DNA of 63,895 bases, the filler included, from an uncultured Methanosarcinales archaeon (GTDB lineage: Archaea; Nanobdellota; Nanobdellia; Woesearchaeales; JABMPP01): the NCBI GenBank assembly GCA_964604995.1. It is 7 parts of 7 records of this genome, joined end to end, with 100 filler letters (N's around TTAATTAATTAA, not from the genome) between each part and the next. Parts side by side here need not be neighbours in the genome. Positions count along the whole stretch, not along the records: positions 50,278 to 59,315 come from CAZSAD010000049.1; positions 59,416 to 63,895 come from CAZSAD010000057.1; 5 more parts are not named here. One strand, written 5' to 3'. The notes under the pieces were generated by a model, which made no database searches, was not told where the DNA came from, and saw nothing but the letters and a program-made list of their open reading frames with translations. Positions within the stretch are counted from its first letter, which is position 1; every line of letters begins with the position of its first letter. Below, piece after piece: positions 51,307 to 59,417 of this stretch. The position numbers and the translations under genes are program-made.

Positions 51307-52526
51307 TCTGCTCTTAAAATCTGTTCAAGTTTTAAAGCTTTCTCTCCAAAAGTAAAAATAGACATTGCTCTTTCTTTATTCCTTAAATTTTCAAAGAATT
51401 CTTTTTCAGAAGGAACAAATTTTTTGACTTCTGGATGATCCATTAATTTTTTATCAGTGTAAGTAATAAATGAAGATAATTCTTCAAATGAAATTTTTTC
51501 ACCTGGATGCTCTTTTGTCCACATTTCTTTTGCATGTCTAAATGCATCTTGCAATGAATCTAAATCTTTGTAAAAATTGATATGTCCACTTGTTCCTAAA
51601 GAAACATTTGAAATTCCATCTTCCACTCCTGCAAAAACTCTTGCAATGCTATCTAACATTTTTATTGCATCTCCAGAATTTCGAGTTGGATAATAATACC
51701 TCAAACCATCTGAATATTGTTTTTTTGCAAGTAAAGTTTTAACGCCTTCTTTTGCTAGGGTTGGAATATATAATACATCAGAAGTTAGTAGTCTAGGTAA
51801 CACATTTTTCGCTATTTTTACAATTGTTCTTGGATCGGACATTTTTGTTCCCGGATTTAAATTACTCATCTTTTGAATATCTACTTTATCCAAATCCAAG
51901 ATATAATCTTGTGCTTCTTTGAATCCTTGATTTCCATAAACAACCCGCTTATTGCCTTCTTCATCAGAATTAAGAACCATGCCTTCATACAAGAAAAATG
52001 GACATCTCCAAAAGCTGCCAAAATTTTCAATTTCACTAAACAAAAAAGTCGCAGCTTTAAAATTATTATTTGATTTTTTAGCCATTTCAATTATTTTAGA
52101 ATCTATATCTGTTGCTTGTGGTAAATCAGCTCCTGTTACATGTGTATAACCTTTTAAATTGAATAGATTTTTTGCGATTAGAAGATGTTCATATCTATTT
52201 TTTCCTTGATGAATAAATTCGTAGTCTTTCTTCCTTTCTTTTTGTGAAGGAAGATAATCCACAAAGGATCCAGCTACTTGATTATTTCCAACTACAATTA
52301 TTTTTTTTGGGAGCAAATTTGATTTGTCATGCTCTTCAAAATAAATTGTTCCAAGTTTTTTCCCGAATAATTCTAAATCATATTTGTTAAAAAAATCAAG
52401 ATATATTTCCCCATCTTTTAGAAATTTAGTGTATGTACTTTTGAAATCATAGTTATCACTGCCCATTAAAATTATTGAATTGTCGATTTTAGGCATAAGG
52501 GTATTGTGTTGTTGTGATTTTTGCAT
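51303..52526 (-). CDS. Hypothetical protein, possibly a divergent NTP-transferase (GT-A) fold
   Basis: 407-aa ORF overlapping the pth start; IIVVG, GADLP and KDLDSLQD motifs. Confidence 0.65.
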   Translation of the reverse strand: MQKSQQHNTLMPKIDNSIILMGSDNYDFKSTYTKFLKDGEIYLDFFNKYDLELFGKKLGTIYFEEHDKSNLLPKKIIVVGNNQVAGSFVDYLPSQKERKKDYEFIHQGKNRYEHLLIAKNLFNLKGYTHVTGADLPQATDIDSKIIEMAKKSNNNFKAATFLFSEIENFGSFWRCPFFLYEGMVLNSDEEGNKRVVYGNQGFKEAQDYILDLDKVDIQKMSNLNPGTKMSDPRTIVKIAKNVLPRLLTSDVLYIPTLAKEGVKTLLAKKQYSDGLRYYYPTRNSGDAIKMLDSIARVFAGVEDGISNVSLGTSGHINFYKDLDSLQDAFRHAKEMWTKEHPGEKISFEELSSFITYTDKKLMDHPEVKKFVPSEKEFFENLRNKERAMSIFTFGEKALKLEQILRAE

Positions 52527-52637
52527 TTTATAACCTTTGATTTGTAATCCATTATAGCTATGCTTTTTTACTTTAGTTCTTTAACATTGAATATAAAATT
52601 TGAATATTTTAATTAGATTTATATGATTATAAAAAAT

Positions 52638-52691
52638 GTGGTCAATTGGTTGTAGGTGGTCAATTGGTCGTATATAGTTAATTAGTTGTAA
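52638..52691. repeat. Three tandem 18-bp repeats in a divergent promoter region
   Basis: GTGGTCAATTGGTTGTAG / GTGGTCAATTGGTCGTAT / ATAGTTAATTAGTTGTAA. Confidence 0.8.
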
Positions 52692-52754
52692 CTGTCCAAT
52701 GATTACATTAAGATTACGGCAACATTTAAAAAGCCTTGCTAAAACACTTAGGGT

Positions 52755-54668
52755 ATGGAAGTCAACTTGACATTGCCTGATGGCAAAATACTAAAAGTCG
52801 AAAAAGGAACACTAGCTATTGATGCAGTATCTAAAATAGGCTCAAGACTAGCAAGAGATAGTGTAGCTGTAAAATTAGACGATGTACAAAAAGACCTTTC
52901 ATTTCCAATAGAGCATGACTCAAAGTTTGAAGTTTTAACTTTTAGTTCTACTGAAGGCAAAGATGTATTTTGGCATTCGTCAGCACATATCATGGCAGAA
53001 GCAGTAACAAATCTTTTTCCAGGAACTAAACCAACAATTGGCCCAGCTATTGAAATGGGATTTTATTATGATTTTGACAAAAGTGAGCCATTTACTACAG
53101 AAGATTTATCAAAAATCGAAAGCGAAATGCAAAAAATAGTTGCACAAGACATTCCATTTGTAAGAAAAGATTTGTCTGAAGCTGAAGCAAAAAAATTATT
53201 CCATGACAACAATTACAAGATTCAATTAATTTCTGAAAAAAGTGAAGGTACTCATGCAAATAAAGTTAGCGTGTATTACCAAAATAAATGGTTTGATTTG
53301 TGCCGTGGCCCACATCTTCCATCGACAGGCAAAGTAAAAGCATTCAAATTAACAAAAATAGCAGGAGCTTATTGGAAAGCAAATTCAGAAAATGCACAAT
53401 TGCAAAGATTATATGGGATTTCTTTTCCTGAAAAAAAGATGCTGGATGATTATCTCAAATTAATTGAAGAAGCAGAAAAAAGAGACCACAGAAAAATTGG
53501 AAAAGAAATGGATTTATTCTCTTTTCATGAACAAGGTCCAGGTTTTCCATTTTTCAAACATAAAGGAATAGTAATGTGGAATGAACTTATGAATTATTGG
53601 AATGATGTTCACAGAAAATGGAATTATAAATTAATTAAAACTCCCATTATGTTAAATAGGGCATTGTGGGAGCAGTCAGGGCATTGGATGAATTATAAAG
53701 AAAATATGTACACTCTAAAAATTGATGAGCAAGATTATGCAATAAAACCAATGAACTGTCCAGGTGCACTGCTTGTTTACAATGAAGAGGTTCATTCTTA
53801 CAAAGAATTTCCATTAAGAGTTGCTGAAATTGGCCTTGTTCACAGACATGAACTTAGTGGAGTTTTATCTGGACTATTTAGAGTTAGATGTTTCCATCAA
53901 GATGACGCACATATTTTTATGATGGAAAATCAAATTGCAAGTGAAGTTTTAGCAGTTTTAAAAATTGCAGATGAGATGTATTCTACATTTGGTTTAACTT
54001 ACCATCTTGAATTATCAACTAGACCAGCAAAATCAATTGGAAGCGATAAATCCTGGGAAATTTCAACAATGGCACTCAAAAAAGCACTTATTGATGCAAA
54101 TAAAGAATTTAAGATAAATGAAGGAGATGGTGCATTTTATGGTCCAAAAATTGATATCCATATTAAAGATGCACTTGGAAGAACCTGGCAATGTGGAACA
54201 ATTCAACTTGATATGAATCTTCCCGAAAGATTCAATATAAAATATGTTGATGAAAATTCAGCAAAAGTACAACCAGTTATGATACATCGGGTAATTTATG
54301 GTTCGCTTGAAAGATTCTTTGGAATTATTGTTGAACATTATGCTGGAAAATTCCCATTATGGCTATCACCAGTTCAAGTTCGCATTTTAACAATTGCAGA
54401 TAGATTCAATGATTATGCAGAAAAAATAAAACAACAATATTTTGAAAATGGAATTCGAGTTGAATTAGATTCAAGAGCAGAATCGTTAAATTTCAAAGTG
54501 AGGCAAGCTCAATTGGATCAAGTAAATTACATTTTAGTTATTGGTGAAAAAGAAGTTGAATCAAAAACAATTAATGTTAGAACAAGAGACAATAAAGTTT
54601 TAGGCACAGTTAATGTAGATGAATTCTTAACAAAATTAAAACAAGAAATTAAAGATAAAACCAAATAA
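52755..54668 (+). CDS. thrS: Threonyl-tRNA synthetase, bacterial-type architecture
   Basis: TGS domain, HSSAHIMAEAV, DLCRGPH, RDHRKIG, KPMNCP, GAFYGPKID. Confidence 0.97.
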   Translation: MEVNLTLPDGKILKVEKGTLAIDAVSKIGSRLARDSVAVKLDDVQKDLSFPIEHDSKFEVLTFSSTEGKDVFWHSSAHIMAEAVTNLFPGTKPTIGPAIEMGFYYDFDKSEPFTTEDLSKIESEMQKIVAQDIPFVRKDLSEAEAKKLFHDNNYKIQLISEKSEGTHANKVSVYYQNKWFDLCRGPHLPSTGKVKAFKLTKIAGAYWKANSENAQLQRLYGISFPEKKMLDDYLKLIEEAEKRDHRKIGKEMDLFSFHEQGPGFPFFKHKGIVMWNELMNYWNDVHRKWNYKLIKTPIMLNRALWEQSGHWMNYKENMYTLKIDEQDYAIKPMNCPGALLVYNEEVHSYKEFPLRVAEIGLVHRHELSGVLSGLFRVRCFHQDDAHIFMMENQIASEVLAVLKIADEMYSTFGLTYHLELSTRPAKSIGSDKSWEISTMALKKALIDANKEFKINEGDGAFYGPKIDIHIKDALGRTWQCGTIQLDMNLPERFNIKYVDENSAKVQPVMIHRVIYGSLERFFGIIVEHYAGKFPLWLSPVQVRILTIADRFNDYAEKIKQQYFENGIRVELDSRAESLNFKVRQAQLDQVNYILVIGEKEVESKTINVRTRDNKVLGTVNVDEFLTKLKQEIKDKTK

Positions 54669-54709
54669 AATTGAAAGTTGATTAAACTAATTTAAAATAG
54701 GTTTTAATT

Positions 54710-55684
54710 TCAAAAAGGTGCCCAAACTACAACATGTTCTTTGTAAATTGTATAAATATCATAATCAATGTATTTGTCAACAAATATTTTTTTGAAATTA
54801 TCCATTATTTCCCTTAATTCATTTATATTCTTGATATGTAATTCAATAGTTAAATCGTATTTTCCAAGCAGTTCGAGTGCAAAAAGACATTTATTTGTCT
54901 GATCAAAAAAATCAATTATTGGTTTGCATTGTGCTAAACTTTTTAATGTAAAATTTAATTGAATAAATTGCAATCCTAATTTGTCAAAATTGTAAGAAGA
55001 GACATAACCTTTAATGACTCCATCTTTCTCCAAATTTTTCATTCGATATTTGATTACTTTAGAATCAATATCTAATTTTTTTCCAATGTCGATTAAATTG
55101 ATTCTTGAATCTTTTGAAAGTATATCAAGTATATTTTTATCAGTTTCATCTAGTTTGAAATTAGATATCTCATCCTGATAAAAAGAATGAGTATTGGTTG
55201 CACCTGCATAAAGAAATTTTGCATTTAATCTATGTGTTGTAAGAACAGTATGTATATTTTTTTCAAGTATATATTCGCCAAATTTATCACTAAGATTTAT
55301 AATAAACTCTTTGAATTCTCTTGCTTGTTTTACCATTACCAAAAAAATTATGTCAAATGGACCATCGCAGCTTCCAAGATAAGCGCAATGCTTTTCATTT
55401 TTTATGAAATTTATTATTTCCGTTTCTTTTTCAGGAGTTGCTCTGTTAAATTTTATGAATGCCTTGTAATAAAAATAACCAAGCTTTGCTGTATCGAACA
55501 CCGTATAAAATCCTTTGATATATTCTTCTTTGATTAACCTATTTATTCTAAAGCCTACTGTCTTGCGATTTTTTCTTACTTTTTTTGCTATTTGTAAAAC
55601 GCTTGCTCTGCTATTCAAATCAAGCTCATACATTATTTTTCTGTCAAGTAAATCCAGCTCTTCAACTGTTAATTTTACTACCAT
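54710..55684 (-). CDS. Tandem (double) Lrp/AsnC family regulator
   Basis: Two HTH-RAM units: LDLLDRKIMYELDLNSR and LDETDKNILDILSKDSR; GPFDI and GKYDL. Confidence 0.88.
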   Translation of the reverse strand: MVVKLTVEELDLLDRKIMYELDLNSRASVLQIAKKVRKNRKTVGFRINRLIKEEYIKGFYTVFDTAKLGYFYYKAFIKFNRATPEKETEIINFIKNEKHCAYLGSCDGPFDIIFLVMVKQAREFKEFIINLSDKFGEYILEKNIHTVLTTHRLNAKFLYAGATNTHSFYQDEISNFKLDETDKNILDILSKDSRINLIDIGKKLDIDSKVIKYRMKNLEKDGVIKGYVSSYNFDKLGLQFIQLNFTLKSLAQCKPIIDFFDQTNKCLFALELLGKYDLTIELHIKNINELREIMDNFKKIFVDKYIDYDIYTIYKEHVVVWAPF

Positions 55685-55829
55685 TATTACCTTAAATACC
55701 ATTTTATATAAAAATATTTGTGTTTTTGGCAAAAAATAAATAGAAATATTAATATTCTAGTTTAAACTAGTAACTACTAAAGGGTAAATAATAAAATAAA
55801 TTATTAAAAATTAAGGCTGGAAAATAAAC

Positions 55830-56276
55830 ATGAATGAAATTAAAAATTCAGGATTGGTAATGTATATATCCATTCCAATAAAAAAAGCAGAGGAATCTTT
55901 CATTATAGAAAAAGCTCTGCAAGACATTGGAATAAAAGTGAATAATCCAGTAAAAATTGAAGAAGCTAATTTTTCAAAAGAACTTGTACCCCCTAAAGTT
56001 TATGCTGAATGTGTAAAAATGATGGATGAGTCCCAGTTCGGAGTTATATTATTGGATTATTTTGGCAATGATTGTGCATGTGAATTAGGATATATGTACT
56101 CCACTAAAAAACCAATGTTTGGTGTTTTTATAAATAAGTTGCCAGGGGATTATGAACATATTAAGGATTTGAAATGTTACGAACATAGCTTAATGGAAAA
56201 AAAGTTTGAGTCAGTTGATGAATTAACTATTTTTTTGAAAGAAAAATATAATTTAGGTAATAAGTTTGGCAATTAA
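55830..56276 (+). CDS. Nucleoside 2-deoxyribosyltransferase-like protein
   Basis: MYISIP, VNNP, ECVKMMDESQ, CACELGYMYSTKKPMFG (ELGY catalytic Glu motif). Confidence 0.75.
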   Translation: MNEIKNSGLVMYISIPIKKAEESFIIEKALQDIGIKVNNPVKIEEANFSKELVPPKVYAECVKMMDESQFGVILLDYFGNDCACELGYMYSTKKPMFGVFINKLPGDYEHIKDLKCYEHSLMEKKFESVDELTIFLKEKYNLGNKFGN

Positions 56277-56295
56277 AATTTTGGGGGGATAAAAA

Positions 56296-56751
56296 ATGAA
56301 AATGTTATTTGTAGAAGACCAGGAGTCACCATGGAATAGCTGGGTTAATTTTGCATTTAAAGATAAATTTCCAAAATATTTCCCTGATTTTAATGAAACT
56401 AATTATCAACGAGCAAGATGGTATACTGAAGCTAAAGAGATGATTCAAAAAAACAATTATGATATTATTTTTTTGGACCATAGTATGCCTTATGATAATC
56501 CTGGTTGCACTGACATGGAAGATTTTGATAAATTTTGTAGTCAAATCGAAAAAATAGGTTATACTTTAATCCCTTACATTAAAGAAAAAAACCAATCCAC
56601 TATTGTAGTTGGTACTTCATCTTTGAACAGCAGGGAAATTGGAAGCCTTTCAATACAACCAGACATAAAAGTTGTCAAATTGGATTTGTGGGACAAATGG
56701 GAACCTCTTCTCGAAGATGTAGTTAATAGATTAAACAACCTTAAAAAATAA
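56296..56751 (+). CDS. Stand-alone receiver-like domain protein
   Basis: MLFVED, YDIIFLDHSMP, GYTLI, VVGTSS. Confidence 0.7.
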   Translation: MKMLFVEDQESPWNSWVNFAFKDKFPKYFPDFNETNYQRARWYTEAKEMIQKNNYDIIFLDHSMPYDNPGCTDMEDFDKFCSQIEKIGYTLIPYIKEKNQSTIVVGTSSLNSREIGSLSIQPDIKVVKLDLWDKWEPLLEDVVNRLNNLKK

Positions 56752-56776
56752 AATCAAGAAATAAGGAGTAATAAAA

Positions 56777-57019
56777 ATGGAAAATGAAAAAATGGTTAAT
56801 GAATATTATATAAAATTCAAGGATTATTTGGAGGGTATGAAATCCATTCTTGGAGAAGAGGTTTTCAATAAATCTTCAATGATAATTATTGGCGCATACA
56901 AAGCAGGACTTGCCAATGGTTCAATGCTAGAGAGATGTGCAAAACCTTCCTCAGTTTCAACGCTTCAGCTAATGCTCATGGAGATTGAACAAGAGTACAT
57001 GATGAAACAATTTAAGTAA
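56777..57019 (+). CDS. Small hypothetical protein
   Basis: 80 aa, AAGGAG SD upstream. Confidence 0.65.
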   Translation: MENEKMVNEYYIKFKDYLEGMKSILGEEVFNKSSMIIIGAYKAGLANGSMLERCAKPSSVSTLQLMLMEIEQEYMMKQFK

Positions 57020-57088
57020 TCTATGATAGCTATACTCTTACTTATTTTTCCCTTACCTTTTTAAATCCCCTTTCTTTTTTCTTTCTCT

Positions 57089-58447
57089 ATGGTGTTAGAT
57101 AAGCTTGGCGATAGCCTAAAAGGAACATTGCAAAAGATTGCAAATGCAATTTTTGTAGATGACAAGCTAATTAATGAATTAATAAAAGATATTCAAAGAG
57201 CTCTTTTGCAATCAGATGTAAATGTAAAATTGGTTTTTGAATTAACAAAAAAAATCAAAGATAAAATTCAAAGCGAGAAAAATGTCAAAGGATTAACTAA
57301 AAAAGAACAGTTAATCACTATAGTTTACGATGAACTTGTTGCATTTCTAGGCGGAGAAGGTTATAAAATAAATGTTAATAAAAAACCATTCAAAATAATG
57401 CTTGTTGGTTTATTTGGAAATGGTAAAACAACAACTTCAGGAAAGCTTGGAAAGTTCTTCATGAAACGTGGCTACAAAGTTGCATTAGTTGGTTTAGATG
57501 TTCATAGACCAGCAGCCATGGATCAAATAATCCAAGTTGGTTCGCAAATAAATGTTCCAGTTTTTACTCACAAGGGCGAGAAAAATGCAATGAAGATTTG
57601 GAAGGAACATGAAAAAGAACTCCAAAAATTTGATGTGATTATTGTCGATACAGCTGGAAGAGATGCACTTTCAGAAGATTTAGTAAAAGAATTAAACGAA
57701 TTAAATAAAGAAATAAAACCAGATGAAAATCTTTTAGTGATCGGTGCTGATGTTGGTCAAGCTGCTGAAAGACAAGCAATTTCGTTTCATGATGCATGCA
57801 ATGTTACTGGAGTTGTCATAACAAAATTAGATGGCACTGCAAAAGGTGGCGGAGCCTTAACTGCTTGCGCTGTAACAAATGCTCCTGTTAAATTCATTGG
57901 AATCGGAGAAAAAGCTGAAGATTTTGAAGAATTTAAACCTAAAGGATTTGTATCAAGACTTCTTGGAATGGGAGATTTAGAATCTCTTCTAGAAAAAGCA
58001 AAAGAAGCATACACTGAAGAAGAAGCTCAAGACATGGGCAAAAAATTTCTCAAAGGAGAATTTAATCTTATTGATTTATATGAACAAATGGAAGCAATGT
58101 CAAAAATGGGAAGTTTATCAAAATTAGTTGAAATGATTCCAGGAATGGGACAGCTTCAATTGCCAAAAGATATGTTAAAAATGCAAGAAGGCAAATTAAA
58201 AAAATGGAAGCATATGATGAATTCCATGTCGAAAGGTGAACTTGAAGATCCGGAGATTATTGATTCATCGAGAGTAGATAGAATTGCCAAAGGCTCAGGA
58301 TCTAAACCTGAAGATGTAAGAGAATTATTAAAGCAATACAAACAAAGCAAAAAAATGGTTAAGATGATGAAAGGCGCTCAGAATCCAAAACAAATGGAAA
58401 AAATGATGAAATCAATGCAAGGCCAAGGAAAATTTAAGTTTAAATAA
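57089..58447 (+). CDS. srp54: Signal recognition particle protein SRP54
   Basis: ALLQSDVN, GNGKTTT, DTAGR, TKLDGTAKGGG, Met-rich M domain, RIAKGSG. Confidence 0.97.
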   Translation: MVLDKLGDSLKGTLQKIANAIFVDDKLINELIKDIQRALLQSDVNVKLVFELTKKIKDKIQSEKNVKGLTKKEQLITIVYDELVAFLGGEGYKINVNKKPFKIMLVGLFGNGKTTTSGKLGKFFMKRGYKVALVGLDVHRPAAMDQIIQVGSQINVPVFTHKGEKNAMKIWKEHEKELQKFDVIIVDTAGRDALSEDLVKELNELNKEIKPDENLLVIGADVGQAAERQAISFHDACNVTGVVITKLDGTAKGGGALTACAVTNAPVKFIGIGEKAEDFEEFKPKGFVSRLLGMGDLESLLEKAKEAYTEEEAQDMGKKFLKGEFNLIDLYEQMEAMSKMGSLSKLVEMIPGMGQLQLPKDMLKMQEGKLKKWKHMMNSMSKGELEDPEIIDSSRVDRIAKGSGSKPEDVRELLKQYKQSKKMVKMMKGAQNPKQMEKMMKSMQGQGKFKFK

Positions 58448-58627
58448 TTTCTAAAAAAAGTTCGGGGAACCGAACATTGTGAGTGTTCCCCTTAACTGCC
58501 GTATCAAACGAGGCTCCATTTGAGGCCAAGGAAAATTCAAATTTAAATAAGTTCTTATAAAAAATTTATTTGGAAGTTCGTACGACCGAGCAAAGTAAGT
58601 GTCGTACTTAACTTACCATATTCAAAC
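58420..58627 (+). repeat. Diverged direct duplication of the srp54 3' end plus a 39-bp hairpin
   Basis: 28-bp copies at 58420-58447 and 58523-58550; hairpins at 58459-58497 and 58575-58613. Confidence 0.9.
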
Positions 58628-59059
58628 TAATTGATGTGAATATTGGTTATATTTTTTTGTATATCCCAAAGATTCTTTTTTTTCTTTGTCTATTAAATGA
58701 TTGATATTTTTTTCAAGGAGATTTATTATACTAGTTTTTGTTGGTTCTAAACCTATTGTTTTATAATCATTTTTATCAAGAACTGTTTTTAAATATTTAA
58801 ATCCAGTTTGGAGTTCACCTATTTTAACATCTACCAAATCCAAATTACCCTCTTTGACATATTCTGGAAGAGTGTCATTTAAATAATTGATATTATTAAT
58901 TAAACCAGAGATTATATTTACATCGTCATCAAATACTCCAAAAAATCCCTCATTTGCAACAATTAAATTATTAAGTACTAAATTTAAAGTTAGATTATTA
59001 TTCTCAAATCCATTGCCATTATTATCGCTAATTATTGCACTATTTATTTGTTCTTTCAT
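58622..59059 (-). CDS. Hypothetical protein
   Basis: ATG 59059 preceded by GAGGGG; no motif recognised. Confidence 0.65.
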   Translation of the reverse strand: MKEQINSAIISDNNGNGFENNNLTLNLVLNNLIVANEGFFGVFDDDVNIISGLINNINYLNDTLPEYVKEGNLDLVDVKIGELQTGFKYLKTVLDKNDYKTIGLEPTKTSIINLLEKNINHLIDKEKKESLGYTKKYNQYSHQLV

Positions 59060-59315
59060 GTTAATACCCCTCAAATTCTACAAAACTTTATTATTACTGC
59101 AATATAAATAATTTTTTCTAAAATATTAATACAAATGTTAAATAATAACTAAAAAATATATTCAATTGTTTAATAAAGTTAGAAAAAATGCATTAAAAAT
59201 AAACAATTGTTTGATGTTTATGTAAGATATTTAAAAATAATTAATTTGTTGAAAATATCAATAAAATTTTTATGATTGTATTTAGCTAAGATTTTTATTG
59301 AATATTTGTTTACTA

Positions 59316-59415
59316 NNNNNNNNNNNNNNNNNNNNNNNNNNNNNNNNNNNNNNNNNNNNTTAATTAATTAANNNNNNNNNNNNNNNNNNNNNNNNNNNNN
59401 NNNNNNNNNNNNNNN
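59316..59415. other. Artificial contig linker
   Basis: 100 bp of N with TTAATTAATTAA. Confidence 0.99.
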
Positions 59416-59417
59416 CT

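Noticed and set aside
58459..58613. Hairpins as integron attC sites or a CRISPR array
   Set aside because: The order is GTT...AAC, the reverse of attC (RYYYAAC...GTTRRRY). There are only two diverged copies and no integrase or cas gene in view.
10698..59415. Six recurring TTAATTAATTAA motifs within N runs
   Set aside because: Artificial linkers. Complete contigs measure 10083, 10060, 9886, 9051 and 9038 bp, i.e. sorted by length, so cross-linker synteny is meaningless.
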